From: an uncultured delta proteobacterium
Lineage (GTDB): Bacteria; Desulfobacterota; BSN033; UBA1163
Assembly: GCA_963708295.1 (NCBI GenBank)
Contig: CAVPSJ010000004.1
Span: forward strand, 288,001-352,000
Reading direction: 5' to 3'
DNA length: 64,000 nucleotides
Shown here: positions 1-10,480 of the stretch, in pieces
How the letters are laid out: the number at the start of each line of letters is the position of its first letter
Position numbering within the stretch: the first letter of the stretch is position 1
The notes under the pieces: generated by a model
Database searches by the model: none
Seen by the model: only the letters and a program-made list of their open reading frames with translations
Told to the model about the DNA's origin: nothing
Translations under genes and position numbers: made by a program

Positions 1-1
1 C

Positions 2-493
2 GAGGATGTTCAGCCGGGAGAAACAGGTGAAGTGATCACCCGGGGGCCTCATGTGATGAAGGGGTATCTGAACCTTCCCGAAGCCAATGAGGAGTCCTTC
101 AGGAACGGGTGGTTTCATACGACAGATGTCGCGAGAATCGATGAAGAGGGGTTTATTACCATTGTCGGTCGAAAGAAAGATATGATCATCAGCGGCGGCG
201 AAAACATTTATCCCCGGGAGATCGAATTGGTCCTCAATAGCCACCCCAAGATACTGGAGGCCGCCGTCTTCGGAATTCCCCACCCCAAATGGGTCGAATC
301 GGTCAGCGCCGCCGTTATTCTGAAAAAGGGTGAGACGCTCACCGAAGAGGAAGTGATCGACTACTGCAAGGAAAATCTCGCCAGTTACAAAAAGCCGACA
401 AAAGTTATCTTCTGTGAATCCTTCCCAAGAAACGATACAGGTAAAATTGTAAAGGAGAAGTTGAAAGAGATGGCTCTTTCAAGGAATGGTTGA
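2..493 (+). CDS. Acyl-CoA synthetase (AMP-binding enzyme), C-terminal part; 5' end outside window
   Basis: Frame is open from position 2; motifs RGPHVMKGY, GWFHTTD, GRKKDMIISGGENIYPREIE and terminal GKI of ANL adenylate-forming enzymes. Confidence 0.9.
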   Translation, partial: EDVQPGETGEVITRGPHVMKGYLNLPEANEESFRNGWFHTTDVARIDEEGFITIVGRKKDMIISGGENIYPREIELVLNSHPKILEAAVFGIPHPKWVESVSAAVILKKGETLTEEEVIDYCKENLASYKKPTKVIFCESFPRNDTGKIVKEKLKEMALSRNG

Positions 494-556
494 AAATTAG
501 CCAGAACACCAGGTTACTCGTACCGTATATCGTGTCGAAATAAAGGAGAGTCTGAT

Positions 557-1468
557 ATGGATTATGAAAATGTTCTTTACGAGGTAAATGATCGAATCGC
601 AGTGATTACTCTAAACCGTCCAGAGAAGCGGAATGCGTTAAATTGGCCTTTATTGGCGGACCTCAGCGCAGCGTTGAAGCAGGCAGAGAGAGATAAGAAT
701 GTGCGGGTCATCATCCTCAAAGGAGCGGGGCCCTGCTTTTCGGCCGGCCATGATCTGAGTGAGACCATGGGGGATGCGCCGCTCCATTATGGGTCCAAGA
801 CGTGGGATGAAACGCTCAAGAGCGAAGGAGGTGTCGGTGTGGGGGTCAGTGTCTGGGACAGCAGGGCCCATGTCCAGGGACACATCGACTATCTGCTTGA
901 GATATGGAATAACTGGAAGCCGATCATTGCCCAGGTACACAGCTTCTGCCTCGGCGGCGCCTCAGGAATCGCCCTGGCGTGTGACATGCTGATCGCTTCG
1001 GAAGATGCCAGGCTGGGATATCCGCCGGCGAGAGGCATGGCGCCCGGCGATGAAATCGTGATCTACTCATGGCACATGGGATTGAAGAAAGCCAAGGAAC
1101 TCTCCCTTACCGGCGACAGCCTGACCGCGAAGGAGATGCTTCGGTACGGGGTGGCAAACTACGTATTTCCAAAGAAGAAGCTGGAGGAGGAGACCTGGAA
1201 AATTGCCAGAAGAATCGCCAACGTCGATCTTGAGCTGCTCTCTCTTTCCAAGAGGGTGGTGAACAGGACCTTTGATCAAATGGGTTTTACGGTATCCATG
1301 CAATATGGGGCCGAGTTTGACAGTTTCGGTCATTTTCTGCAAAACGCAGTCGGTACATTTAAGAAGATCCGCCGGGAGAAAGGGATAAAGGCTGCCTGCG
1401 AATGGAGGGATCGGCCGTTCGGAGGGATCGTCGGCAGGTACCCTCCGGTCGAAGGGACCGAGGAGTGA
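557..1468 (+). CDS. Enoyl-CoA hydratase/isomerase (crotonase) family protein
   Basis: ITLNRPEKRNAL, FSAGHDL, KPIIAQVH, ALACD motifs; SD GGAG upstream. Confidence 0.9.
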   Translation: MDYENVLYEVNDRIAVITLNRPEKRNALNWPLLADLSAALKQAERDKNVRVIILKGAGPCFSAGHDLSETMGDAPLHYGSKTWDETLKSEGGVGVGVSVWDSRAHVQGHIDYLLEIWNNWKPIIAQVHSFCLGGASGIALACDMLIASEDARLGYPPARGMAPGDEIVIYSWHMGLKKAKELSLTGDSLTAKEMLRYGVANYVFPKKKLEEETWKIARRIANVDLELLSLSKRVVNRTFDQMGFTVSMQYGAEFDSFGHFLQNAVGTFKKIRREKGIKAACEWRDRPFGGIVGRYPPVEGTEE

Positions 1469-1518
1469 AAGCCATTGAACCCCTGACAAACGCATCATCG
1501 AACCATCCGAATAGAGGA

Positions 1519-3574
1519 ATGGGTATGACGCAAAAGCAAACAGAGACCGAGACCGCAACGGAGAATGATCGGGTATCCGGGGATCTGCTTTCATGGGTTG
1601 AAGCCAAAACCCTCGCGCTGACCCAGCGTATCGCATTTGTTGGCGTCATCGGCATGGTGATCATCGGCATTCTCACCGTCATCGATGTCGTTGTGCTGAG
1701 ATCCATGTTCAAAGCGCCCATCCCCGGCTCCAATGAGTTCCTCGTGACGATATTCGCAGTTGCGATTGCCGCGGTTCTTCCCAGCGGGTTTGCACAGCGT
1801 GCCGTCCTGGATATCGACATCCTGGCGAAACGGTTCGGAAAGCGCACGACGGCGTGGCTGCGGGCGGTCGGCAGCGCGATTTTCACCGCGACACTTGTCC
1901 TGATCGCCTGGCGTACCGGTGTGCGTACCTATGAGGCGCATCTTCGGGGCATGGAGACTGTGATCCTTCAGTGGCCGATGTGGCCTTTCCTGTGGTCAAT
2001 TACGGTCTTTTTCGTGTTGTGCGTGCCCGTTCAATTTGTCTCCTTCCTTCGATCGGTGACATCCGCCGTCGCCGTCAGCCGGCAGAAATCCCAGCAAGGA
2101 TGGGGGGCGAAGGCCTTGCTTCCAGACCAAGGGCAAGTGGTGTGCAGCAGAAGCTCAGTCGCTGGTCCGGCCCAACATCACACCGCCGGCCGCTGACGAT
2201 TTAATCGGAGTTCTGGTTGTAGCGGCGATCCTTTACTTCGGAGTCGACTCGCTGAACCCACTTTTGAAATCCCACGGAACGAGCTTGGCGATTTTCATGT
2301 TCCTTTTCCTGTGGGCGGTCATTCTGTTCCTGGTGCCACTGGCTGCGGCCCTGGTGATCTGTGCCCTCCTGGGAGCCGCGGCGTTGGCCGGTTTCTCACC
2401 GGCCCTCAGCGTCTTGGGCTCGGAAACGGTGGGATTGATCACGAATGCTGATCTCGCCGTGATCCCTCTCTTTCTAATGATGAGCGGCTTCGCCACTGCC
2501 GGAGGTATGTCCGCCGATATCTTTCGTCTGGCGCACGCCTTGTTCGGTTTCCTGCGGGGCGGATTGGCGATTGCAACCATCGGGGGGTGCGCCGGTTTCG
2601 GCGCCCTCACCGGCTCTTCGGTTGCAACCGTTGCGACGATCGGTTCCGTCGCTTTGCCCGAGATGAAGCGGCGGGGTTATTCGATGGAGTTGTCTACGGG
2701 AACGATTGCCGCGGGCGGAACGCTCGGACAGTTGGTGCCGCCCTCGACCGCCATTGTTATCTACGCGCTGCTCCTCGAGCAATCGATCGGCCGGTTATAT
2801 ATTGCGGTGCTCATCCCTGCGATGATCACCGCACTATTCTATATGATGACGGTGTCCGTCACGATCCGGCTCAATCCTCTGTCCGCTCCCGTTCGGGATA
2901 AGTTCAGCGGCCGGGAATTGGTGCTTGCCCTCAAGAGCTCCGTATGGGTCTTTCTGATGTTCGGCTCGGTGATCGGAGGCATCTATACCGGTGTTTTTAC
3001 CGCCACGGAAGCGGCTTCGGTCGGGGCGGTCATCGCCTTCCTGGTTGCTCTGTTTAGGGGCAAACTCAAAAAGGGAGCGTTGTGGCAGGTGGTGGGAGAG
3101 ACAACCCGTTCCACCTCGATGCTTTATTTCCTGATTATCGGCGGGATGGTGATTTCTTTCTTTATGGGCACCTCGGGGCTTCCGGAGACGGTGACAAAAA
3201 CGTTAACCGGCTCCGGCCTTTCGGGCCTGGCGATTATCTGCATCCTGGTCGGAATCTATATTCTGCTCGGCATGGTCATGGATTCGTTCGCGGTGATGAT
3301 CGCGACCGCATGCCTGGTCGCGCCGATCGTCATCAGCTTTGGTTATGACCCGATCTGGTGGGGAATCATCATGGTGGTGCTAATTGAGATGGGCGTGGTG
3401 ACGCCGCCGTTCGGCCTCAATCTCTTTGCGATCAAGAGCATTGCACCGGACGTATCGCTGACTACGGTGTATCGCGGGGTCATCCCGTTCCTCTTCGCGG
3501 ACATGGTAAAATTGGCTCTATTAATTGCTTTTCCGTACCTGATCCTGTGCCTTGTGAACGTGGGCGTGAAATGA
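1519..3574 (+). CDS. TRAP transporter permease, probably a fused DctQ-DctM interrupted by frameshift(s) near 2070-2200
   Basis: DctQ-like 4-TM part (DVVVLRSMFKAPIPGSNE) then DctM (IPLFLMM, GGTLGQLVPPS, FTATEAA, TPPFGLNLF); the DctM frame is open and hydrophobic upstream of 2264 with no clear start. Confidence 0.75.
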
Positions 3575-3743
3575 TATAGAAGGAAACCTCGGACCGCGAA
3601 GGCGTTTGGTTCGTTCGGCTGTAAGCGCGGGATGCTGCTGGAGCGACGGGGCCAAAGCCCTGAAGTTACCCGACCCGCGCGAAATGAAAGGATGTTGTCT
3701 TGAAGAGGTCAATGTTTTTCAACTCAACGAAGGGAGGACTGTT

Positions 3744-4812
3744 TATGCTTAAGAAGAAAGGAAAAGCAATGAAACCTTGTTTCAATGGGAGGACTTTGGG
3801 TTTTGTCCTGCTCTGGATGGTTACACTCATCCTGGTCGGGTCCCTGCTGTTGGAGTCCAGTGCGGTTCGGGCCGAGCCAGCGACGCTGAAGTTTGCCACA
3901 ACCATTCCACCGTCAAACCCGATTGTCACAGAAGTCTTTGAGCCGTGGGCAAAGAAGGTTAACGAGGCCTCAAATGGAGAACTGAATATTCAGGTCATTT
4001 CCGGCCCTACCCTGGCCAACCCGGCAAACGTGTGGGAGCGGACTGTCAGCGGAGTGACGGAAATTGGGTTCGGCATCCATGGCGCGGTCGGCCTGCCGTT
4101 TCCGAAAACCACGGTAACCAGCGTGCCTTTTGTGGTGGACGACCTGACTGCCGGATCGGTTGGCTTGTGGCGTCTTTATGAGAAGGGTCTAATCGCCGAC
4201 GAGTACAAGGATGTCAAGGTCCTGGCGTTGGTGGTCACTCCCGGTTCACTCATTGCCTCCAAGAAACAGGTCACTTCGCTCGAAGACATGAAGGGGCTGA
4301 AGGTGCGAGCCGCGAACAAAATCGTCGCCAATATCATTTCCGCCCTGGGCGGCGCCCCGATCTCCGTTCCGGCGCCGGAAACCTATCAGGCCCTTCAACG
4401 GGGTGTCGTGACCGCGAGTGTTGCGGGCTGGGTGCTCGTTAACAATTTCAAGTTCTACGAGGTGGTAAACTATTACCTGGAGGGTGTGCCTCTCGGCGAG
4501 CCTTCCGGATTCGTCATCATGAACCGTCAGTCCTACGATAAGCTTTCGCCCAAGGCAAAGGAGGTCCTCGACCGGTTCTCGGGCGAGCCTTTTTCGCGCG
4601 ATTACGGCGCCTGGTTCAAGATGGATGCGGGGAGGGGTCGGCAGCGTATTGCATCCCTGCCCAACCAGCATATCATGACGCTTACCCCCCAGGAGAAGGA
4701 GCGCTGGAAGAAAGCACTGGAACCGGTGGTCAAGGATTGGGTTACTAAGACGCCCGACGGCGCGAGGATCCTTGAGACGTATCGCGCCGAGTTGAAGAAG
4801 CTCGGTCAATAA
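3744..4812 (+). CDS. TRAP transporter substrate-binding protein (DctP family)
   Basis: Signal peptide; SLEDMKGLKVR and ETYQALQRGVV motifs; start uncertain (3744 or 3769). Confidence 0.9.
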
Positions 4813-5030
4813 GATGGTTCCTGGTATGCAATGAGCCGGAGCCGTGCCACCGATCTAATGAATGGGCGATAGCAAGAAGATTTGCCGAAGAAGCCGGAGC
4901 CCCCGGGGCTCCGATTCGGTATTATTTTCGATTCGAAGGATCGCCCTCTAAGGGTTATTCCCAGAGAAAAGGCCTTGGTTGTGACAGTGCAGATCCGAAT
5001 CATATCGGGCGATACGAGGAGATACTGATA

Positions 5031-5923
5031 ATGAGCATTCTGGGATTACACTGCGGCAGACGGATGGGCAATTCGGAAATCTTGCTGAAAGAGGCCCTGA
5101 TGGGGGCTGAAGAGAGAAGCGGCGTCGGGGTCGAAATCATTCGTCTGATGGATCTGACGATCAAGCCCTGTACCGGGTGTGAATCTTGTGCGAGAAAACG
5201 CTCACGGGGAGAAGAGATGGAGTGCGTCCAGAAAGACGACCACATGTCCTTTCTTCTGGAGAAGACTCCTGCAATGTGACGCGTTGATTCTGAGCACGCC
5301 AGTCTATGTCCTGACGCCTCCGGGATTTTTGAAGATGATCGCCGACCGGGTATTTCGCCATGCATGGGCCCCGATCAAGCCCAAAGTCGGCGCGGTGATC
5401 TGCGTCGGAGGGACCGACTGGGTCAATCTGGCGCTTCCCCTTGCAAATCTCTGCCTTCCGCGGAAGATCAAGATTGTCGACCAGCAACTGGTGACCTATT
5501 CGGCCGGGGCCGGGCAAGTCTTGATGAATGACAGAGCCATGGCCGATGCAAGAAGAGCTGGGCCGAAGAGTGGGCGAAGCCATGGGCATCCCCATTGATG
5601 AAGTGAAGTATCTGGGCGAAGAGGAAGAGACTTGCCCTCTGTGCCATTCGAATCTGCTCAGGCTGCGAGGGAAATTTGTGGAATGTCCCCTTTGCGACAT
5701 CAAGGGAAGGATTGAAATAAAAGGGGAGCAAATATCGGTTGTGTATGACTGATGAGGAACTGGAAAGGTGGCGCTGGGGAGGATCGGGGACCTAGAAGCA
5801 CCACCAGGAGATTCGGGAGACGCATCAAGCATACGATGAAAATCTGCCTGAAATAAAAGAGAGAATTAAGAAATACAGGGCCTACAAATCCTGTCTGGTT
5901 CCCCCACCCCTCAAAGCAAAGTA
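5031..5923 (+). pseudogene. Flavodoxin family / NADPH-dependent FMN reductase-like (iron-sulfur flavoprotein) gene with several frameshifts
   Basis: GNSEILLKEAL, IKPCTGCESC, DALILSTPVY, C-terminal CPLCH...CPLC spread over ORFs 5031-5279, 5179-5598, 5528-5752; 3' end approximate; may be sequencing error. Confidence 0.7.
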
Positions 5924-5971
5924 GCGGTTCCAACGAGTGGGTGAACGGGAGGCAAATGAGGAGACCCGATC

Positions 5972-7145
5972 ATGAAAATCGTGGACCTGAAAACATATGT
6001 CGTTGGAACGCCCCCTCCTCACCGTGGAGGTCGCAACTGGGTATTCCTCAAATTGACAACGGATCATGGCATCAGCGGTTTTGGCGAAGCCTATGGAATC
6101 CCTTTCCATCCTAAGAAGGCCGCAGGCCTGATTGAAGACATCGGCGAAAGGTTTGTTATCGGAGCCAATCCGTTTGATGTCGAGAAGCTGTGGCGAAGCA
6201 TCTATGGAAGCATGTTCGGCCAGCATCCGGACATGGTCAAGGTGGCTGTGATCAGCGCCGTCGAAATGGCATGCTGGGATATCATCGGAAAGGAATTGAA
6301 TCAACCCCTTTACAACCTGCTGGGGGGTCGGTACAGGGAAAAGCTTTGGTCGTATACGTATTTATATGCCGAGCCGGGGACGGGTGTATCCACTTCCCAA
6401 TTGCAGTGCGATCCGGAAATGGCTGCCAGGCGGGCGCTCGATTACGTGAAACAGGGCTTCACTGCCGTTAAGTTCGACCCGATTCACGACCTGATGCTGC
6501 CCTTCAGTCCCTATGAACTTACCCTGGAAGTACTCGACCGGGCGGAAGATGTGGTCAGAATCTGTTCGGGAGGCGGTCGGAAACAAAGTTGAATTGCTCA
6601 TCGGAACTCACGGGCAGACGAACACTTCCAGCGCCATTCGATTGGCGAAGAGACTGGAGAAGTATGACCCTCTCTGGTTTGAGGAGCCGGTGCCTCCGGA
6701 AAATGTGGACGAAATGGCCAGGGTCGCCCGTTCGACCAGCGTCCCCATTGCCACAGGCGAACGATTGTCTACGATGTATGAGTTTGCGGCCTTAGTCGAA
6801 AAACAGGCGGCCTCCATCTTACAGATGTCCATCGGACGCTCCGGCGGTATTCTGATGGCCAAAAAGATCGCGGCCATGGCTGAGGTCCACTATGCGCAGA
6901 TTGCGCCGCACCTCTACTGCGGCCCCATCGAGCAGGCCGCCAATATCCATATCGGCATCTCCACTCCCAATTTCCTCATCCAGGAGACGATCGAGAGAAT
7001 GGATGGATTCCACGCTGAAATCGTGACTGACCCGATTCAATGGGAAGACGGATATATTTTCCCTTCCGACAAACCCGGTTTGGGTGTCGAACTGAATGAA
7101 GAGGTGGCTGAAAAGCATCCCTGCAATGACCAATTGTGGGATTGA
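5972..7145 (+). CDS. Mandelate racemase/muconate lactonizing enzyme (enolase superfamily), split by a +1 frameshift at ~6559
   Basis: KLTTDHGISGFGE, SAVEMACWDIIGK, WFEEP, ATGERL, APH; removing one A in GTCAGAATCTGTT gives VVRSVREAVG and joins the two ORFs. Confidence 0.85.
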
Positions 7146-7186
7146 AGCGCCAGAACCCGGCTCTAGGTTTAAGATGGAGGTAGTCC

Positions 7187-7717
7187 ATGATGCCCCGCGA
7201 CTTTTTTCTCAATAAAGAGTTTATGGAGAATGCGGTCATCGAAGATCATGAACTGAAGGGCATCACTCCGGAAATGGTGGATTGGTGGTGGGGCCATATC
7301 GATAATTCCGAACGCTATAAGTTGTGGCATCCCAAGGACCATATCTCTTTCAGGTGGCTTGTCCCTCCGACGCGGGAAAGTTATATCGGGGCGGTCCAGC
7401 TGGTCGAGGAGTACATCGGTGGGCAACTTGTCACCGTCCGAATCCGTTGGGAAGACCCGAGGGACGTTCCCGCCGAATACGGTCACGTGCTGGTGGCCAG
7501 CATCCTGGACGACAAGGGAGAGATTATCAGGTCCTTCAAACACGAGTACGAGGAGACGCTCTATGGTGTCCGGATGCGCTCGACCTTTCCTCTTACGCCC
7601 GACACCCCAAAATGGCGTGCACAGGGACTTCCCACTCACAACCGTGAGGAGATGCAACGGCTTCCGGAATTCCTGCCCAGGCTCTATCGGGAAGAAGTCT
7701 TGAGTCAAAGAGAATAG
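7187..7717 (+). CDS. DAPG hydrolase (PhlG)-like protein
   Basis: ITPEMVDWWW...RYKLWHPKDH and C-terminal HNREEM resemble PhlG-family metal-binding motifs; SD GGAGG. Confidence 0.7.
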   Translation: MMPRDFFLNKEFMENAVIEDHELKGITPEMVDWWWGHIDNSERYKLWHPKDHISFRWLVPPTRESYIGAVQLVEEYIGGQLVTVRIRWEDPRDVPAEYGHVLVASILDDKGEIIRSFKHEYEETLYGVRMRSTFPLTPDTPKWRAQGLPTHNREEMQRLPEFLPRLYREEVLSQRE

Positions 7718-7736
7718 CGAATTACCGAGAAAAGGT

Positions 7737-8162
7737 TCATTTTCGTGAGGCACGAAGAGGAAACCTCTCTCCATCTATTTCAACCGTCGTTTTTGAATAC
7801 GTCAACTTCCTCATGATCTTTCCATCCTGGAAATGAAGGACATCGACCCCCCTTCGTTTTTCAGGCTTTCCCTCATAACCTCTTTCGAGCGAAGGCCACA
7901 CGAGCTGCCATCGGAAAAGAACTTTTTGTTCTTTCTCATCGATAAACGTCTCTTCTTCTATGAACCGAAATCCTCCGTGGTTTGTGAACCAGGATGCCCA
8001 TGCTTTCTTGAGCGCCTCCTTCCCGCTGACTTTTCCACCCGTCCAGTTTTCAAATAGAACCTCATCATGCATCAGTTTCAAAACCCCTTCAAGATCATGA
8101 TGATCCCAGGAAAGATTCCATTCGTTTAACGCATTCCTGATCTCTTCTCTTGTAAGTAACAT
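7737..8162 (-). CDS. SnoaL/NTF2-like family protein
   Basis: WDHHDLEGVLKLMHDEVLFE, RGVDVLHFQDGKI pattern. Confidence 0.8.
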   Translation of the reverse strand: MLLTREEIRNALNEWNLSWDHHDLEGVLKLMHDEVLFENWTGGKVSGKEALKKAWASWFTNHGGFRFIEEETFIDEKEQKVLFRWQLVWPSLERGYEGKPEKRRGVDVLHFQDGKIMRKLTYSKTTVEIDGERFPLRASRK

Positions 8163-8428
8163 GGAATAGCTTGGGTTATCTTGGATTATTTTTGGTTAAG
8201 ACGGTTACACTTTGGTTACACTCTCTTACCACGGAAATTTCGTAGGGCCCCCTGTTATTCACTCCATGGTCCTGCAATATTTAAGTCTTCAATATTGTGA
8301 CCCCGTGGCTCCTCGAAATGCTCCCTTACGTTCACCTGATAACAGATGGGCTGGCCCCGTATGGGCCGGGTAGAACATCAGGGTGCAGACATGCTTCAGT
8401 CAAGTGAGCCATCAGTCTGCGAGCCTTC

Positions 8429-9028
8429 TCAATGCATGTTCCGCTCCATTGCCGCCACCAGCTCTTTTGATCCCTGGCCCCAGCGCGAGATGACCTTGAT
8501 CGCCTGGGTGAAGGGGACGTCAATTGGGTGGACGCGCCCCCGCTCAAGGATGTAGACCGCCCCTGCAAGAGGGGTGGGCACCGAAGGGACAAAGACCGTG
8601 TAGCGCCCGTCATCGAACTCTTCGATAATGAACGCCGGCACCAGTGCTTCCTCGATCTCGGCCAGGGCAGGTTTCCAGACGTTTTCGCGGTCTTCTCCCA
8701 CAAGCCGCTGCGTAAGGCTGCGCAGCAGGGCATATCCGGGAATCCGCTCGAACAGCGAACGTTCGATCCTTTCTCTGACGGCCCTTCCTGCTTTTGTCCG
8801 TACGATCATGCCCACCATGAGGCACAGGATCAACAGCAACAGAAATGCAATCAAATCTTCACCCGGCAGCCAGTCCGGGACCAAGAGGGCTACGGGCTTC
8901 ACCAGCCCCCTGACCGAACTCATCGCCTTGAGGAGCAGCAGAATGGACAGATACACCGGCACAATGACGATAAATCCGGTGACCAGCCCGCCCAGCAGGT
9001 ATCTACGGATACTTTTCATCGCGCTCAC
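8429..9028 (-). CDS. DUF502 family membrane protein
   Basis: Two TM helices, RIPGY and VFVPSVPTPLAG motifs. Confidence 0.8.
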   Translation of the reverse strand: MSAMKSIRRYLLGGLVTGFIVIVPVYLSILLLLKAMSSVRGLVKPVALLVPDWLPGEDLIAFLLLLILCLMVGMIVRTKAGRAVRERIERSLFERIPGYALLRSLTQRLVGEDRENVWKPALAEIEEALVPAFIIEEFDDGRYTVFVPSVPTPLAGAVYILERGRVHPIDVPFTQAIKVISRWGQGSKELVAAMERNMH

Positions 9029-9189
9029 CCTTTCAACAGAATGGTTTGATCACTGAAATTCCTGTTGAGGACTCGCCCCGCTTAGCACCATCGAGGCCTT
9101 TATCCAGTTCGGTGTGGGGGACGTTTTTTACTATATCACAGTTTTTTCCAATCGGCGAACCTTTGTCTGGAGGCAGGCTAAAGTAGATG

Positions 9190-9261
9190 AATTGGTGCCG
9201 GAGGTCGGAATCCCTTCGATTGACTCAGGGCAGGCTCCCCGACATGGGGTGGAAGCCCCGC
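9190..9261 (-). repeat. Duplicated 3' half of tRNA-Leu(CAA) (att-like), with a 26-nt insert at the T-loop
   Basis: 9190-9212 is identical to 11334-11356; 9239-9261 matches 11360-11382 with one mismatch. Confidence 0.9.
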
Positions 9262-9368
9262 CGCGTTCATTTTTTGTGAACATACAAAAATATTGAACAA
9301 AATCCAACCCTTTTACGATTAGCGACAGGCGGAGTAAAAGGTTACCGTCCGATAGTCTCAAAAATACC

Positions 9369-9428
9369 TTGACATTTGTTCATTATTATGATATGTTCAT
9401 AATCAGTGAACACTAATATATATTGAAC
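9369..9428 (+). promoter_or_regulatory. Sigma70 promoter of the abiE operon with overlapping inverted-repeat operator
   Basis: TTGACA(9369)-N17-TATGTT with extended TGn; TGTTCA-N7-TGAACA at 9394-9412. Confidence 0.7.
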
Positions 9429-9444
9429 CATACGGGTCATCTCC

Positions 9445-10480
9445 ATGGAAAAAACGAAAGAAAATGAGCTCTTGCAACTTGCCTTGGAGGCACTTAAGAA
9501 TAACCTTCCCGAACAGGCAGAAATTAAGACTATAAAACCAGTTCGCGATCCGAGGGTTCCTGCAGATTACCTATTGCAGATAGCAATGCAAGGTAAAGAA
9601 ACCAGGTATTATGTTGAGGTCAAGACCAATGTGACGAAGGCGGACAAGCTGTTGGCGGTGATGCGCAAAGCTGACCTGCACCATCCGCTCTTGCTGGTCA
9701 CCAAATACATAAACCCACAACTGGCCGACGAACTGAAACAGAACGGCACCGAATTCGTCGACGCTGCTGGAAACACATTTATCAATCAGCCGCCTCTATA
9801 CGTTTTCATCAAAGGAAACAAGCCTGGTATTGTCATCAAAGCCCCTCCTCCCAAACGAACCTTCAAGCCCGCAGGGCTTAAAGTAATTTACGGCTTTCTT
9901 TGCAATCCTGGCCTGGAGAACAAGACATATCGAGAGATTGCTGCCGAAACGGACGTAGCCCTCGGGACCGTTGACTGGATCATGAAAGAACTAAAAGAGT
10001 TAGGATTTTTATTGGACATGGGGAAACGAGGTCTCAGGCTACTCCAGAAGGAAAAGCTGTTGCAGCGGTGGGTTACCGCGTATCCGGAGCAATTAAGGCC
10101 AAAACTCACATTAGGACACTTCAGGGGCGAACCCGGAATGGTGGCGACAAAAGAAGCTCGATCCGCTAAAAGCGCAGTGGGGAGGAGAGGTCGCTGCTGA
10201 AAGGCTTACCCAATATCTTCAACCTCAAATCATAACCATCTATACAACACCCCAGCAGCTCAATCAATTGTTAGCCGAAAACAGACTCAGGAAAGACGAA
10301 ACCGGGGATGTTGAAATCCTGAAGAGATTTTGGAAGCCACCTGAAATGTGGCAATATGAAGATCTCGTCCATCCGATTCTTATTTATGCGGATCTCTTAG
10401 CAACAGGCAATGAGAGAAATATCGAAACCGCCAAGATGATTTATGACAAACATATTCTTGAACTTATCAGGGAAGATTGA
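9445..10480 (+). CDS. Type IV TA antitoxin AbiEi (AbiEi_2-like), split by a +1 frameshift at ~10137
   Basis: FVDAAGN, HTH TYREIAAETDVALGTV, YADLL; removing one A restores WWRQKKLDPLKAQWGGEVAA in frame with ORF 10268-10480. Confidence 0.8.

Noticed and set aside
6550-6570. Programmed ribosomal frameshifting in the enolase or abiEi genes
   Set aside because: No slippery heptamer or stimulatory structure; similar single-base insertions occur in unrelated neighbours
8196-8222. ECF promoter upstream of the SnoaL gene (TGTAAC...CGTC on the minus strand)
   Set aside because: The spacer is only 11 nt, too short
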